A stretch of 24,000 bases of DNA, taken from the NCBI GenBank assembly GCA_052170315.1, contig JBQNAT010000010.1:45256-69255 (forward strand), in the 5' to 3' direction. The notes under the pieces are model-generated. The model was not told the origin of the DNA. It did not search any database and saw only the letters and a program-made list of their open reading frames with translations. Every line of letters begins with the position of its first letter. Position 1 is the stretch's first letter. The position numbers were made by a program, and so were the translations under genes. Below are positions 6,864-14,750 of this stretch, piece by piece. The stretch comes from Sphaerochaeta sp. (GTDB taxonomy: Bacteria > Spirochaetota > Spirochaetia > Sphaerochaetales > Sphaerochaetaceae).

Positions 6864-7931
6864 ATGACAGAAAAAGTTTTGATGAAAGGAAACGAAGCCA
6901 TTGCCGAAGCCGCCCTTAGAGCGGGTTGCCGTCATTATTTCGGTTATCCGATAACTCCGCAGACGGAGCTTACAGCCTATATGGCAAAGCGTCTTCCAAA
7001 GTTGGAAGGCGGTGTTTTCCTTCAGGCGGAAAGCGAGGTCAGCGCAATAAACATGGTTTACGGCGCATCCGGCGCGGGAAAGAGAGTCATGACAAGCTCA
7101 TCTTCCCCGGGGATATCGCTTAAACAGGAAGGCATTTCCTATATTGCCGGAGCGGATCTTCCCGCAGTGATAGTAAACGTCCAAAGAGGCGGTCCGGGTC
7201 TGGGAGGAATCCAGCCGTCACAGTCCGACTATTTCCAGGCAACCAAGGGCGGCGGACACGGAGACTATCATCTTATAGTACTGACTCCAAGCTCCGTTCA
7301 GGAAATGGCTGATTTGACAAGCCTTGCCTTTGATCTTGCAGATAAGTACCGCTGTCCGACAATGCTGCTTGCAGACGGGACAATGGGACAGATGATGGAG
7401 CCGGTACTGCTTCCCGAACCTCATTGCTCAGCTGTTGCCAAGCCGTGGGCGCTTACCGGAACCGGAATGAAGAGAGAGCACAACGTCATAAATTCACTTT
7501 ATCTTGTACCTGAGGTGCTGGAAAAAATGAACCTTGAACGCTTCGAACGCTATAAAGAAATTGAGGAAAACGAAGTCCGCTTTGAAAGCTATCTTATGAA
7601 TGACGCGGACTACTGCCTTGTAGCCTTCGGTATTGCTGCCCGTGTAGCCAAGAATGCCATAACAATTATGAGAAAAGACGGTATTAAGGCAGGTCTGATA
7701 AGACCTATTACTGTTTGGCCGTTCCCGAAGAAGGCTATCAGTGAAGCAGCAAAAAAAGTCAAAGGCTTTGTAAGTGTTGAGCTTTCAATGGGGCAGATGA
7801 TAGAAGACGTCAAGCTTGCGGAAGAGTGCCTTCGTCCCGTAGCTCTATGCAGAAGAGTCGGCGGAATGATTCCCGGCGTTGACCAGATAATTGACGTAAC
7901 AAAAAAACTGGCGGAAGGAGGCGTGCGATAA
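6864..7931 (+). CDS. 2-oxoacid:ferredoxin oxidoreductase alpha subunit (VorB/KorA-type)
   Basis: N-terminus KGNEAIAEAALRAGCRHYFGYPITPQTE is characteristic of OFOR alpha subunits. 355 aa, in a delta-alpha-beta-gamma set. Confidence 0.9.
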   Translation: MTEKVLMKGNEAIAEAALRAGCRHYFGYPITPQTELTAYMAKRLPKLEGGVFLQAESEVSAINMVYGASGAGKRVMTSSSSPGISLKQEGISYIAGADLPAVIVNVQRGGPGLGGIQPSQSDYFQATKGGGHGDYHLIVLTPSSVQEMADLTSLAFDLADKYRCPTMLLADGTMGQMMEPVLLPEPHCSAVAKPWALTGTGMKREHNVINSLYLVPEVLEKMNLERFERYKEIEENEVRFESYLMNDADYCLVAFGIAARVAKNAITIMRKDGIKAGLIRPITVWPFPKKAISEAAKKVKGFVSVELSMGQMIEDVKLAEECLRPVALCRRVGGMIPGVDQIIDVTKKLAEGGVR

Positions 7932-8683
7932 TGGCCGTTGTTTTTCAGAAACCGAAAAGTCTTACATCCAAAGAGATGCATTACTGCCCGGGCTGCCCTC
8001 ACGGGATTATCCACAGGCTTGTGGCGGAGGCTATTGACAGCCTTGGCATAGAAGGAAAAACCGTAGGCGTTGCCCCTGTAGGCTGTGCGGTTCTTGCATA
8101 CGATTATTTTACCTGCGATATGGTTGAAGCGGCTCACGGAAGAGCCCCGGCAGTTGCGACGGGTCTTAAAAGAGCCTTGCCTGAAAATATTGTTTTCACT
8201 TATCAGGGCGACGGGGATCTTGCCTCAATAGGTATGGCTGAAACAGTCCACGCGGCTACCAGAAACGAGAATATCACAATCATTTTCGTTAATAACGCCA
8301 TTTACGGAATGACAGGCGGCCAGATGGCGCCCACTTCGCTTCCGGGTCAGATAACTCAGACATCTCCATACGGACGTGACGTGAAAACCGCCGGTTATCC
8401 GATACGTGTATGCGAGATGCTTGCCGCCCTTGATGCTCCTTACTATATTGAGCGCGTTGCCGTGAACAGCGTGAAGAACGTCCTGAAAGCAAAAAAAGCC
8501 GTTGAGAAGGCCTTCCGCAATCAGGTCGAGGGCAAGGGCTTCTCTCTGATAGAGCTGATTTCGGCCTGTCCTACAAACTGGGGACTTACGCCTGCAAAGG
8601 CGCTTGAATGGGTAAAAGATAAGATGATTCCTTACTATCCGCTTGGGGTTTTCAGGGACAAAGATACGGAGGCGGCGAAATGA
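7931..8683 (+). CDS. 2-oxoacid:ferredoxin oxidoreductase beta subunit (TPP-binding)
   Basis: Start overlaps the alpha stop by 1 nt (TAATG). HYCPGCPHG cysteine motif and TPP-binding GDGD...NNAIYGMTGGQ. Confidence 0.9.
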   Translation: MAVVFQKPKSLTSKEMHYCPGCPHGIIHRLVAEAIDSLGIEGKTVGVAPVGCAVLAYDYFTCDMVEAAHGRAPAVATGLKRALPENIVFTYQGDGDLASIGMAETVHAATRNENITIIFVNNAIYGMTGGQMAPTSLPGQITQTSPYGRDVKTAGYPIRVCEMLAALDAPYYIERVAVNSVKNVLKAKKAVEKAFRNQVEGKGFSLIELISACPTNWGLTPAKALEWVKDKMIPYYPLGVFRDKDTEAAK

Positions 8684-9210
8684 CTACACAGATTCTTATA
8701 GCAGGCTTCGGAGGACAGGGTATTCTGTTTTCAGGAAAACTTCTTGCGTACAAGGCGCTTTCAGAAGGAAAAGAGCTTTCATGGCTGCCTTCCTACGGAC
8801 CTGAAATGAGAGGCGGCACAGCCTCCTGCTCCGTAACGGTAAGCGATGAACCTGTAGGTTCTCCTATTATTGACCATCCTGATGTGCTTATAGTTATGAA
8901 CCTTCCGTCTTTAGACAGATATGAGGACTCAGTAAAGCCCGGAGGCATGATTTTCGTGGATTCCAGCCTTGTTGAAAGAAAGGTGAAGAGAACAGACGTA
9001 AAAGCTTTTTACATACCCGCAACCAGGCTTGCTCAGGATATGGGCGCAGGAAACCTTGCCAACATAGTCCTTCTTGGAAAAGTCATGAAAGACTGTTCTG
9101 CGGTTTCAGGAAACGGACTTGAAGAGGCTCTTCGCAAGGTTGTTTCCGCAAAGCACCCCGAAATGTATGAAATTAATCTTAAGGCCATTGAAACCGGGTA
9201 TAGCTACTGA
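8680..9210 (+). CDS. 2-oxoacid:ferredoxin oxidoreductase gamma subunit
   Basis: ATGA overlap with the beta stop. ILIAGFGGQGILFSGKLLA N-terminus is typical of OFOR gamma domains. 176 aa. Confidence 0.9.
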   Translation: MTTQILIAGFGGQGILFSGKLLAYKALSEGKELSWLPSYGPEMRGGTASCSVTVSDEPVGSPIIDHPDVLIVMNLPSLDRYEDSVKPGGMIFVDSSLVERKVKRTDVKAFYIPATRLAQDMGAGNLANIVLLGKVMKDCSAVSGNGLEEALRKVVSAKHPEMYEINLKAIETGYSY

Positions 9211-9229
9211 TTTATATTAGTCGTATAAT
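9201..9229 (+). promoter_or_regulatory. Possible internal promoter for the PucR-family gene (perfect -10 TATAAT, weak -35)
   Basis: TATAAT at 9224-9229. The only -35 candidate at 17-nt spacing is TAGCTA (9201-9206). No terminator separates the gamma subunit from the next gene, so read-through is equally possible. Confidence 0.25.
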
Positions 9230-9248
9230 CAGGTTATGGAGGTGAATC

Positions 9249-10874
9249 GTGAGTTTTAATGTTGAAGATGCGATGAAACTTCCTTCCATGAAGGGCGCCA
9301 GGCTTGCCGCGGGACAGAACGGCGTTAAATCAAACATTCTGGCCGTTACGGTTTTTGAATACAAAGGTTCAAAAGACCTTCAGAACAGGTTCATGGCTTT
9401 AAATTCCGGAAAACTTAACGGTAAGCTTGTTCTTGCAAGCTTCGCGTCAATGGAGAGAGATACGGAGCTTCAGCGAAGATGTCTGGAGTATATGGCAAAA
9501 GGGGGAGCTTCCGCTCTTGTCCTTTATTATGTAGGCGTTATTCTTAAAGAAGTAGGCAGAAGCCTTAAAGATACTGCGGATTCCCTGTCTCTGCCCGTTA
9601 TTGTAATGCCTGAAAACAAGCTGGATATTGGTTATGACGCTCTTATTTCGGAAGTATCGGAATCCGTGCTGACAGCGGGCGCAGATTATAACGAAAATCT
9701 TGCCACGGAAATAATCGGTCAGGTTTCAAAGCTGCCTGCCGACAAACAGACAGTAGATTCGGTTTTAAATCTTCTAAGTTCAAAGCTTAATGCCGGTATA
9801 ATACTTACAGACGGCAGTCTTAATAATCTTGGGGAGTCCTTTAAAGGCGGAATTTCTGTTCAGGGTGTCCTGAACGAAGAAAATGTCCCTCATCATATAA
9901 AACGCAAAAAGGCTTTCGCCCCGGTTCCCGGCAGTTTTATATGGTATGCCCCTATACATGACAGAGGCGTTGAGCCCATGAGGCTCTTCCTTATTGAAGA
10001 CGGAAATTCTCTTAATGAGATGCGTGTAGATATGGCCCGCGCCGCAGTTCAGCTTGCTGTGGAACTTTGGAGCAACAGCCACAGCGAGGTTTTGACATCG
10101 GAACTTGTTAAAGCAATCCTCAATGACGAACCAATAAGGATGAGAAGGCTGAGCGAAGTGCTGCGCATTGATATCAAGTCCATCCACAACTCCTGGTTCA
10201 TACGCTGTACCGACGGAAGAAGTCATTTTTCCTATGAAATGATAAAGGCTGTCAGGGATGTTATGAACAATCTTGATTCCGAGATACTTCTGGAATCCTA
10301 CAGACCCACGCCGGGCAATTCGGATGACCTGATAATGTTTTTCAGAAATCCGCTGGATGCAAAGCTTCTGAATAACTGCGCGCGCTCTATAATTGAAAAT
10401 CTCCACGGCCTTGGCTGCAATCATGTTTATCTTACCATGCTGGATTACAAGTTCACTACCGCAGATGTGAGAAATGCCTTTTCCATATGGAATGAGAACG
10501 AGGCTAAGGCCAGAACCGTTTTCCCCGCTCTTGAAATATTTCACGAATCTGAAATAGAGCTTGCAAGACAGTGCGATGCGATAATAAAGCTTGGGGAAGC
10601 AAGCATAGCTTCCGCAACCGACTGTCTGTACGCGCTTGAAGAGCGACACGGCTCGGAAGAGTTTTTAAAAACGCTTGAAGTTTACTTCCTTGACGCGGAC
10701 ATGAACATGCAGAAGGCCTCCGAGATTCTGGGTGTTCATAAAAATACAATAAAGTACAGGATAAATATTGTATGCGACGCGCTTGGTCATTCCGTAAATA
10801 ATCCTGTTACAACCTCTCGTCTTACCATAGCGCTTGCAATCAGGCGTCTGCTTGATAAGGCAGGCGCAATTTAA
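9249..10874 (+). CDS. PucR/CdaR-family transcriptional regulator
   Basis: GTG 9249 lies 6 nt after GGAGG (9238-9242). N-terminal PucR-like domain (LPSMKGARLAAGQNGVKSNILAVTVFE). C-terminal PucR-type HTH (MQKASEILGVHKNTIKYRINIVCDALG). Confidence 0.8.
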   Translation: MSFNVEDAMKLPSMKGARLAAGQNGVKSNILAVTVFEYKGSKDLQNRFMALNSGKLNGKLVLASFASMERDTELQRRCLEYMAKGGASALVLYYVGVILKEVGRSLKDTADSLSLPVIVMPENKLDIGYDALISEVSESVLTAGADYNENLATEIIGQVSKLPADKQTVDSVLNLLSSKLNAGIILTDGSLNNLGESFKGGISVQGVLNEENVPHHIKRKKAFAPVPGSFIWYAPIHDRGVEPMRLFLIEDGNSLNEMRVDMARAAVQLAVELWSNSHSEVLTSELVKAILNDEPIRMRRLSEVLRIDIKSIHNSWFIRCTDGRSHFSYEMIKAVRDVMNNLDSEILLESYRPTPGNSDDLIMFFRNPLDAKLLNNCARSIIENLHGLGCNHVYLTMLDYKFTTADVRNAFSIWNENEAKARTVFPALEIFHESEIELARQCDAIIKLGEASIASATDCLYALEERHGSEEFLKTLEVYFLDADMNMQKASEILGVHKNTIKYRINIVCDALGHSVNNPVTTSRLTIALAIRRLLDKAGAI

Positions 10875-10889
10875 AAATAAGGAGAAAAT

Positions 10890-11378
10890 ATGGACCATTT
10901 AAAATATCTGCTTGCTGCCAACGAAACCGCACGAAAGGCCCGTGAGAACGGGAATACTCCGTTCGGAGCCGTGCTTGTAGACGAAAACGGAAACATAGTA
11001 ATGGAGCAGGGCAACGCGGAACACGACCTGCATGATGCCACTGCCCACGCGGAGCGTTTTCTTGCTTCCCGCGCAAGCCGGACATTCAGCCGTGAGTTTC
11101 TGTGGAAATGTACGCTTTATACAACATTTGAGCCCTGCTGTATGTGTACAGGTGCCATATACTGGGCCAATATCGGAAGGATAGTATATGGTGTTACAGA
11201 AGAGAAGCTCCTTGAGCTGACAGGCTCCGATGATAAAAATCCTACTTTCAACATTTCCTGCAGGACAATAATCGCGGCAGGTCAGAAACCTATAGAAGTT
11301 CTTGGCCCGTTTCCGGAGATAGGCTACGCCATTGAAGAAGTGCATGCAGGATTCTGGAATCCTGAAAAACCGGAATAG
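10890..11378 (+). CDS. CMP/dCMP-type zinc deaminase (cytosine/guanine/nucleoside deaminase-like, FCY1-like)
   Basis: RBS AAGGAGA. Zinc motifs HAE (TAHAERF) and PCxxC (TLYTTFEPCCMCTGAIYWANIGRIVYG), the latter closely resembling the yeast-type cytosine deaminase core. 162 aa. Confidence 0.8.
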   Translation: MDHLKYLLAANETARKARENGNTPFGAVLVDENGNIVMEQGNAEHDLHDATAHAERFLASRASRTFSREFLWKCTLYTTFEPCCMCTGAIYWANIGRIVYGVTEEKLLELTGSDDKNPTFNISCRTIIAAGQKPIEVLGPFPEIGYAIEEVHAGFWNPEKPE

Positions 11379-11383
11379 ACGTT

Positions 11384-12757
11384 TTATTTATATTTTTCTG
11401 AAATCTCTCTTGCCACAAATACGCCGCTTGCGGAGGCATGTGAAAGAGAGTGCGTAACTCCGCTTCCGTCTCCTATCATGTACAGGCCCTTATATTTTGT
11501 TTCCAGATGCCTGTCAACCTTTACTTCCATGTTGTAGAACTTGACTTCAACGCCGTACAGCAGAATATCGTCGTTTGCCGTACCCGGGGCAATGCGGTCA
11601 AGGGCATGTATCATTTCTATTATGCCATCAAGGATTCGTTTTGGCAGAACAAGGCTTAAATCTCCCGGTTCGGCCTGAAGGGTGGGACGAACAAAGCTTT
11701 CTTCAATTCGTTTCCTGTTGCTGCGCCTTCCTCTGATAAGGTCCCCGAAGCGCTGTACAATTACTCCGCCGCCAAGCATGTTTGAAAGCCTTGCGATGCC
11801 TTCGCCATAGCCGTTGCTGTCCTTGAAAGGCTCGGTAAAATGCTTGGAAACAAGAAGCGCGAAGTTTGTATTTTCGGTTCTCCGGGACGAATCTTCAAAG
11901 CTGTGTCCGTTTACGGTAACTATGCCGTTGGTGTTTTCGTTTACAACTATACCATAAGGGTTCATGCAGAAGGTGCGCACGTTGTCTTCAAACTTTTCAG
12001 TTCTGTAAACTATCTTGCTTTCATAAAGGCTGTCCGTCAGGTGCGAAAAAATCTCTGCCGGAAGCTCAACCCTTACTCCTATATCCACTCTGTTTGAAAG
12101 CGTTTCTATGTCAAGCTCCCTGCAGATTTCTTCCACCCACTTGCTTCCGCTGCGTCCTACGGAAACTATGCAGTGCTTGCATTCAAAAGTTTCATTGTCA
12201 GTGACTGCCTTGAAACCGCCGTCTATAACTTCAATCTTTCTTACAGGGTCACGGAAAACAAAATGAATTTTGTCTTTCATTTTCCTGTAGAGGTTCTGAA
12301 GTACAACATAGTTTTTGTCCGTACCAAGATGCCTTACGGACGCGTCAAGGAGCTTGAGCTTGTTCTGCATGCACAGTCTCTTTATATCCGAGCCTGCGGT
12401 GGAGTAGAGTTTTGTGCCTTCGCCGCCGTGTGTCATGTTGATATGGTCAACATACTCCATAAGCTCCGTGGCCTGCTGTTTCCCTATGTATTCGCACAAA
12501 GTTCCGCCAAAGTCGTTTGTTATGTTGTATTTACCGTCCGAGAACGCGCCGGCGCCTCCGAAGCCCGACATTATGGAGCAGGTTTTGCAGTTTATGCAGG
12601 ATTTGATTTTAACACCGTCTATGGGACATTTTCTCTTTTCAAGGGGATTGCCCATTTCTATTACGGCGATATTAAGCTTCGGGCTGCTCTTCATAAGTTC
12701 ATAGGCAGAGAATATTCCGCCGGGACCCGCCCCAATGATTATAACATCGTACCTCAT
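11384..12757 (-). CDS. FAD/NAD(P)-binding oxidoreductase (COG2509-like uncharacterised FAD-dependent dehydrogenase)
   Basis: N-terminal Rossmann motif MRYDVIIIGAGPGG and cysteine-rich insert KCPIDGVKIKSCINCKTCS. 457 aa. No Shine-Dalgarno sequence upstream. Confidence 0.7.
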   Translation of the reverse strand: MRYDVIIIGAGPGGIFSAYELMKSSPKLNIAVIEMGNPLEKRKCPIDGVKIKSCINCKTCSIMSGFGGAGAFSDGKYNITNDFGGTLCEYIGKQQATELMEYVDHINMTHGGEGTKLYSTAGSDIKRLCMQNKLKLLDASVRHLGTDKNYVVLQNLYRKMKDKIHFVFRDPVRKIEVIDGGFKAVTDNETFECKHCIVSVGRSGSKWVEEICRELDIETLSNRVDIGVRVELPAEIFSHLTDSLYESKIVYRTEKFEDNVRTFCMNPYGIVVNENTNGIVTVNGHSFEDSSRRTENTNFALLVSKHFTEPFKDSNGYGEGIARLSNMLGGGVIVQRFGDLIRGRRSNRKRIEESFVRPTLQAEPGDLSLVLPKRILDGIIEMIHALDRIAPGTANDDILLYGVEVKFYNMEVKVDRHLETKYKGLYMIGDGSGVTHSLSHASASGVFVAREISEKYK

Positions 12758-12918
12758 GGCTTAAATCTACAATTATGAGGCTTTTAGTTCAATAAGTTCA
12801 GCCGGTTTGCCTCTTTTCTTTGATATCCGTACTTTTGCCGAAAACCGCGAATATGTCCTTACTTATCTTGCCCTGAGCGTTTTATTTGTTTAAATTCTAA
12901 AGCATACGGAGGCATAGT

Positions 12919-13671
12919 ATGTTCTTCTGGTCTGTTATGACGCCTTTTCTCACTTACCGCTGGCTTCTTCTGGCTTCAGCCGTTATTCCCGCCGTTTTTC
13001 TTCTTGTAAAAGTCTACAGGTCCGACAGGCTTGAAAAAGAATCTCCCTATCTGATTTTGGGCCTTGTAATCAGCGGAATAATATCAACATTTTTTGCCCT
13101 TATTGCGGAGCGTATTCTGGGAACTTTCCTGAACCGCGCTGTTGAAAACGGCACAATGCTTTACAATCTTATCCTCTACTTCGGAGTAGTGGGTTTGTCA
13201 GAGGAGCTTGCAAAGTATGCGCTTCTGAAAAAACGTACCTGGAACAGCAGTGAATTCAACTGCCAGTATGACGGCGTGGTTTACGCCACAGCTGTTTCCC
13301 TTGGCTTTGCCCTGTGGGAAAATATCTCCTACGTTACCATGTACGGTTTCGGCACTGCTCTTGTAAGGGCTGTCACGGCAGTTCCGGGGCATGCGTGTTT
13401 CGGTGTTTTCATGGGTGTTTTCTACGGCCTTGCGAAGGGCGGGGATTATATGGGAGACCGCAGTCTTTCAAAGTTCTACAGTTTTCTTTCCGTCGCTGTC
13501 CCCGTGTTGCTTCACGGGACATACGACTACATAGCATCCATGGGTTCCGGTTACGATTTAAGTTGGATTTTCATAATTTTCGTTCTGATTCTCTTTTCCG
13601 TTTCCATTTTTCTTGTTAATCAGATGGCAAAGAACGACAGATATATATCAAGAAACAGGAGAAGGTCTTAG
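12919..13671 (+). CDS. PrsW-family intramembrane metalloprotease
   Basis: GGAGG lies 6 nt upstream of the ATG. Polytopic membrane protein with PrsW signature elements: EELAKY (EExxK), FALWEN, and LLHGTYDY (HxxxD). Confidence 0.75.
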   Translation: MFFWSVMTPFLTYRWLLLASAVIPAVFLLVKVYRSDRLEKESPYLILGLVISGIISTFFALIAERILGTFLNRAVENGTMLYNLILYFGVVGLSEELAKYALLKKRTWNSSEFNCQYDGVVYATAVSLGFALWENISYVTMYGFGTALVRAVTAVPGHACFGVFMGVFYGLAKGGDYMGDRSLSKFYSFLSVAVPVLLHGTYDYIASMGSGYDLSWIFIIFVLILFSVSIFLVNQMAKNDRYISRNRRRS

Positions 13672-14598
13672 TCATAAAAGAATCAGTGCCAGCAGGGGCA
13701 GGGTGACTGCGCAGAGTATTGACGAAATAAGCACTGTATAGGCGGCGTTCTTCTGTTCAGAGCCGTGGAGCTCGGAAAGAGACTGAATGACGGCGGCGCA
13801 CGGAGTACCTGAAATTATAAGTACGGACGTTTTGAAGGTTGAGTCGAACCACGGAAGAAAATAGACCAGAGCATAGGCAAAGAGGGGGAAAACAAGAAGC
13901 TTCATTGCGCTTACAAGATAGGCGAAAGGCTCTGTGAAAACCTCTTTCAGCTTCATTGAGGCAAGGCGCAGGCCAAGTATCAGCATACATATCGGCGCGG
14001 CCATGGCTCTAAGTGTGAGAAGTACGCTCTGAATTTCGGAAGGAAGCTTTATGTTCATGAGATACAGCGGTACAGCCACGAAAACCGAAAGGACGGTAGG
14101 GTTGATAACGGTGCGCCTTATGGAGATATATTTCCTGTCTCTTGTTATCATGAACTCTCCTACAGTGAAAATAAGAAGATTCATGCTTGTAGCAAACAGC
14201 ATGCAGTAGCCGGAAACAATGGGCTCGGTCGGGATGAGGGCGCTTATGAGCGGCTGGCCGAAAAAGCCTACGTTGCCCAAAAAGGAGCCGATTGTAAAGA
14301 TTCTGTACTTTCCGTCGTTAAGTCGGTTTTTTAGCACGGCAATGAGTATAAGAAACATCAGAACCTGGGCAATAAGGCTTACAAGAAAAAACCATAGCAG
14401 TTTCAGCGCATCCCGGGCATTGTATTCCATGCTCTGGAATGAGCTTATTATCATGCCGGGTGTGATGAAGTAGACAAGAAAAGAAGAAAGGCTTTTTCCG
14501 TGGTCGGCTTCAGCGAGTTTAAATTTTGCAAGAGCGTAGCCCATTGCCAGGAAAGAGAGCATTACAAGCTCGCTTTTGAGTATTACAGAAAATCCCAT
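13672..14598 (-). CDS. AEC-family (auxin efflux carrier-like) membrane transporter
   Basis: About 10 predicted hydrophobic segments in 308 aa. C-terminal SGTPCAAVIQSLSELHG...LISSILCAVTLPLL resembles the AEC/Mem_trans signature. Confidence 0.65.
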   Translation of the reverse strand: MGFSVILKSELVMLSFLAMGYALAKFKLAEADHGKSLSSFLVYFITPGMIISSFQSMEYNARDALKLLWFFLVSLIAQVLMFLILIAVLKNRLNDGKYRIFTIGSFLGNVGFFGQPLISALIPTEPIVSGYCMLFATSMNLLIFTVGEFMITRDRKYISIRRTVINPTVLSVFVAVPLYLMNIKLPSEIQSVLLTLRAMAAPICMLILGLRLASMKLKEVFTEPFAYLVSAMKLLVFPLFAYALVYFLPWFDSTFKTSVLIISGTPCAAVIQSLSELHGSEQKNAAYTVLISSILCAVTLPLLALILL

Positions 14599-14627
14599 GG
14601 CTTAAATTAGACTTTGCGTCAAATCTT

Positions 14628-14684
14628 GTAAAGAGGGAAGCTCGGGCGTTTAAGCGGATTCCTTTTTACAAAAGCCCTCTTTAC
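14628..14684. repeat. Perfect 10-bp inverted repeat GTAAAGAGGG-N37-CCCTCTTTAC in a divergent intergenic region
   Basis: 14628-14637 is the exact reverse complement of 14675-14684. It lies between the AEC transporter (-) and flavin reductase (+) starts. Confidence 0.55.
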
Positions 14685-14750
14685 TGTTATATTATTTATT
14701 AACCATACCATCATAATCATATAAGACATAAAACATATAAGGAGTAAAAC

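Noticed and set aside
12775-12795. Mini-ORF MRLLVQ* in the FAD-protein/PrsW intergenic region as a possible leader peptide
   Set aside because: It is six codons long with no RBS, no associated attenuator structure and no codon bias suggestive of regulatory stalling. It is most likely chance.
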